Assembly (NCBI GenBank): GCA_029856045.1
Contig: JAHQWG010000033.1
Span: 32,001-96,000 of the forward strand
Reading direction: 5' to 3'
Source of the DNA: Promethearchaeia archaeon
GTDB taxonomy: Archaea > Asgardarchaeota > Lokiarchaeia > Sigyniarchaeales > SOKP01
DNA: 64,000 nt
A program made the translations under genes and the position numbers. Position 1 is the first letter of the stretch, and each line of letters starts with the position of its first letter. Below, piece after piece: positions 60,920 through 64,000 of the stretch. Under the pieces are notes generated by a model that did not search any database, was not told the origin of the DNA, and saw nothing but the letters and a program-made list of their open reading frames with translations.

Positions 60920-61708
60920 ATGAGTATGATTCGTCTCTTAAAATTAAAGGATTACATCACTCTTTCAGGGACAATTTGTGGGATTTTTGCTTTAATGATT
61001 GGAATTATAATTAAAGATTTAGCTTTGGGATTTTTTTTAATTATGATTTGTCAAGGGACAGATCTGTTAGATGGATATGTAGCAAGAAAATTAAATCAAA
61101 AAAATGAAATTGGAAAAGAAATAGATTCATTAAATGATTTATTTTGTTTTGGAGTTGTTCCTGCAATGTTAATTTTTATTAACTATTGTGATGATTTGCC
61201 CTTTGAATTAATTTTTTACATTCCAGCGATCATTATATTCATTTTGTGTGCTCTACTTAGATTAGCAAGATTTAATATTATGGATGCAAAGGGATATACA
61301 GGGATAGTAACTCCTTTATCCGGTTTAATGGTGACCTTCTTTTATTATATAGATTATTTTAGTATTCAAACTTTTGAAGAAAATAATTTTATTTCAATTT
61401 GGGTTCAATTACTATTTCCATTTTTATTAGGATTTTTGGGTTACTTAAATATTACTACTTTTATTATATATGGTGAAGAGATAAAGAAAAAGTCTGGTAA
61501 CTTAAAATATGTCTTTATTATCGGAGGCATTCTCACAATCGTAATCGGTATAATTGGACTAACTTTTCCAAAACAGTTGGCGGCTCTACCTTTACTTATT
61601 ATATTTATAGGATCTTTTGTATTAGGATGGTTTTATATTTTTATTGGTTTTAAAAATTATTTAAATTCAAGAAAGAATATTAAAAAGGAACTTAATTCAA
61701 CTAACTAA
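60920..61708 (+). CDS. pssA: CDP-alcohol phosphatidyltransferase, PssA-type (archaetidylserine synthase-like)
   Basis: DLLDGYVAR...GKEIDSLNDLFCFGVVPA and LRLARFN...GI.TP, characteristic of type II PS synthases. Confidence 0.8.
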   Translation: MSMIRLLKLKDYITLSGTICGIFALMIGIIIKDLALGFFLIMICQGTDLLDGYVARKLNQKNEIGKEIDSLNDLFCFGVVPAMLIFINYCDDLPFELIFYIPAIIIFILCALLRLARFNIMDAKGYTGIVTPLSGLMVTFFYYIDYFSIQTFEENNFISIWVQLLFPFLLGFLGYLNITTFIIYGEEIKKKSGNLKYVFIIGGILTIVIGIIGLTFPKQLAALPLLIIFIGSFVLGWFYIFIGFKNYLNSRKNIKKELNSTN

Positions 61709-63204
61709 TTTGCCAATCTTTCAATCCAATTTTTAATTCGATTTTTCAGTACTTTTTGTACATCCTCATCAAGCTTTCCTTTATTTTTGACATCTGTTAT
61801 CCAACGGCGTATATCATTTAGTATTACAGAGAAGCCTTTATTTTCAAGAATATAGTCATTTAATTCTTCTAAATGTTTTGCAATTACATTTCCATTTTTA
61901 CTATCTAATTCTTCTGAAATTGCGATAAATCGAGAGCCAATCTCGGTCAATTCTCCCTTTAGAACTCCACTTTTAAGAATTTCATCTTTAATGGATTTCA
62001 ATGGTGCTTTTTCTTTCTTTTCTTCAATGACCTCAATAATTTTTTCCTTTTCTTCAATAAATGTAGAAATTGTATCGATTTCTTTACCAATTGGCTCTTT
62101 CTTCTCAGCAATTTCTCCAGATGGAGGAGGAATTTTTATTTCTTCAGATTTTTTTATGATTTTAATTGGCATTTGTTTTGTTTTTTCAAACAGAAATTGA
62201 AATGCCTGATTATTTTGGTGAATTGGTGAAGACATAAAGTTAAAAACGTTTGCTAATAATTCAAATATTTTTTGGCTAAGAGATTCATCAAAAATGGAGA
62301 ATTTTTCTTCTTCTTTTTCTAAGACCATATTAAAAGTTTTCTCTTGATCACTAATAGTTTGTTCATACTCGTACATTAAATCAAATAAACTCATTCGAAT
62401 CTCATTTTCAATTTTCCCAACTTGAGAAGATATTTCATTAATGTTTTGCTGTAAGATCTCTGAATTTTTTTTAAACACATCAGGTAATTTTTCATTGAAA
62501 CTTTCTTTAATTTCATTAATTTTATTATCAATAATTTTATCTACTAATAATTTTATATCTTTCTGCTTTTTTTTAAGGTTAAATTCTTCGAGATTTTCCA
62601 TAATTTCTTGTTTCGTATTCTCGATTTGTTTTACAAAATTTTGAAAATGTAAATTGAAAACGTTCTCTACCATTTTATAAAATTTACTGGTATTGTTTAA
62701 TAATAGATTTAATTCAGGGATTAATGAAACTCCATCTTCATAATCCGCTTTTATTAAACTTAAATTTGCTACAATTGTGGTTTTTGCTTCTTGAAAATTC
62801 TTAATATAATTTTTTAAATTTAATAAAAATCCAGATTCTTCTTTAATCTCATTAAAAATTTTGGATATTTTATCAGGTAATTCATTGGCCATTTGATTTG
62901 ATTTAACATCAAATTTCTCATAATAATTTAAAAATGCACGATATGGGGGTATAGCGTAATAATAAGGTGTAATTTCCTCGGAAGATTCTGAGTTAGAAAT
63001 ACACAAACCTTTAGTTAAAAGCTCTTCGATTAAACTTTTATTTAATTCTTCATTTGTAGTTTCTGTAATTGATGAGATTTCTTCCATTGTTAAGGGAGGT
63101 CTCCCAATAATTTTTAAATAAAGGTCAAGACTATCATGTGAAAGATCCAATTCATTTAATAATTGAGTTAAAAAATCTTTATCATTATTATTTGCCATAA
63201 TCAA
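61705..63204 (-). CDS. TrmB-like winged helix + long coiled-coil + C-terminal Vps28-like helical bundle protein
   Basis: N-terminal L.L......LYL.......LT.EEIS.......L..L..KGL......YYAIPP, about 240 aa of heptad helices, an E/K/P linker and an 80-aa four-helix C-terminus. Confidence 0.65.
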   Translation of the reverse strand: MIMANNNDKDFLTQLLNELDLSHDSLDLYLKIIGRPPLTMEEISSITETTNEELNKSLIEELLTKGLCISNSESSEEITPYYYAIPPYRAFLNYYEKFDVKSNQMANELPDKISKIFNEIKEESGFLLNLKNYIKNFQEAKTTIVANLSLIKADYEDGVSLIPELNLLLNNTSKFYKMVENVFNLHFQNFVKQIENTKQEIMENLEEFNLKKKQKDIKLLVDKIIDNKINEIKESFNEKLPDVFKKNSEILQQNINEISSQVGKIENEIRMSLFDLMYEYEQTISDQEKTFNMVLEKEEEKFSIFDESLSQKIFELLANVFNFMSSPIHQNNQAFQFLFEKTKQMPIKIIKKSEEIKIPPPSGEIAEKKEPIGKEIDTISTFIEEKEKIIEVIEEKKEKAPLKSIKDEILKSGVLKGELTEIGSRFIAISEELDSKNGNVIAKHLEELNDYILENKGFSVILNDIRRWITDVKNKGKLDEDVQKVLKNRIKNWIERLAN

Positions 63205-63361
63205 GCACTATTAGTGAGTAATGATTTTTATAATATTTGATTTGATTTTATATCTTTGTTTGTAGTTTTGATTAGGAGTTTTAAAATTATATAAATTCTA
63301 AGGTTCTTTTAAAATAATAATAAAAAAAAAGATTAAGTTAAAAATGTGAGTATTGGTAATA

Positions 63362-64000
63362 ATGGAGATTGATAAGATATCAATTGGAACCGAAGCAACT
63401 TTCCTTCCACCTTTTGAAAATGGCATTAAGACGGTAAAAAGACTTGAAGAAACCGGATATGCTTCTTTATGGTGGGCAGACCACTTAATGGGTTGGATAC
63501 CCGAATCTATCTGGACTCCAGATATTATTAATGTAGCAGCTTATCAGAAAACACCCCATTTTTTCTTTGAAGCTTATACTACGATTGCTGTTGCGGCTTG
63601 GAATACCGAAAGAGTAAAATTGGGCACATCTGTTACTGAAACTTTTAGGAGACATCCTGCTGTACTTGCACAGTCCTTTTTAACTTTAGATCATCTCTCT
63701 AAAGGCAGAGTAATTCTTGGTATCGGAGCTGGTGAAGGTGAAAACGTCATTCCATATGGAATTGAATGGAATAAACCAGTGAGTAGATTGGAAGAAGCGA
63801 TTAAAATTATTAAACTTCTTTGGAAAAATGATAAAAAAGTGGATTTCGATGGAAATTTCTGGAAATTAAAAGATGCAATTCTTGCAATGGGTCCCTATAA
63901 AAATGGGGAATATCCTCCAATATGGATTGGGGCACACGGACCTAAAATGCTTGAATTAACAGGAAAATTAGGAGATGGGTGGTTACCTGCAAATCTAGAT
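63362..64000 (+). CDS. LLM-class (luciferase-like, probably F420-dependent) oxidoreductase, 3'-truncated by the window edge
   Basis: Translated by hand: GYASLWWADHL, LGTSVTE...RHPAVLAQ...TLDHLSKGRVILGIGAGE, PPIWIGAHGPKML...GDGWLP. Absent from the ORF track because it has no stop in the window. Confidence 0.9.
   Translation, partial: MEIDKISIGTEATFLPPFENGIKTVKRLEETGYASLWWADHLMGWIPESIWTPDIINVAAYQKTPHFFFEAYTTIAVAAWNTERVKLGTSVTETFRRHPAVLAQSFLTLDHLSKGRVILGIGAGEGENVIPYGIEWNKPVSRLEEAIKIIKLLWKNDKKVDFDGNFWKLKDAILAMGPYKNGEYPPIWIGAHGPKMLELTGKLGDGWLPANLD

Noticed and set aside
1652-62644. The many 60-130 aa ORFs antisense to or nested in long genes (e.g. 1652-1843, 14743-15138, 23873-24160, 32800-33069, 40664-40984, 58655-58879)
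   Set aside because: They are shadows of well-supported genes on the other strand or frame, with no motifs of their own.
1-64000. rRNA, tRNA, CRISPR arrays, transposases/IS ends
   Set aside because: No GC-rich cloverleaf or rRNA-like segments, no regularly spaced direct repeats and no transposase or integrase motifs were seen by eye.

Overview
Very AT-rich archaeal chromosomal segment, most consistent with an Asgard archaeon of the Lokiarchaeia type. The inference rests on the GGGP/DGGGP synthase and GGR ether-lipid genes, Alba, a TFS/RpoM-like protein, a gelsolin-domain protein and Vps28-like domains. About 54 CDS. Metabolic genes cover acyl-CoA/aldehyde catabolism (acetate-CoA ligase, enoyl-CoA hydratase, FadD, ALDH, AOR, SCP2-like), a liv-type ABC transporter operon with a HEAT-repeat gene, ether-lipid synthesis, Fe-S/Hdr-like oxidoreductases and a GH35 glycosidase. 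Other genes include a UvrD helicase, an RNase J-like nuclease, a VapBC pair and housekeeping genes. No rRNA, tRNA, CRISPR array or transposase was seen. The three most interesting signals are: (1) a 56.3-63.2 kb block of eukaryote-like membrane-trafficking/cytoskeleton proteins (mu-homology-like + Ig + Vps28-like protein, gelsolin-X protein, Zn-ribbon scramblase-like protein, serine-lipid synthase, wHTH-coiled-coil-Vps28-like protein); (2) an unannotated, promoter-bearing ~142-nt structured RNA candidate at 48559-48700; (3) an HdrD-like protein with a whole GltD/NfnB-like flavoprotein inserted inside its first CCG domain. All domain calls were made by eye from motifs; no searches were run.
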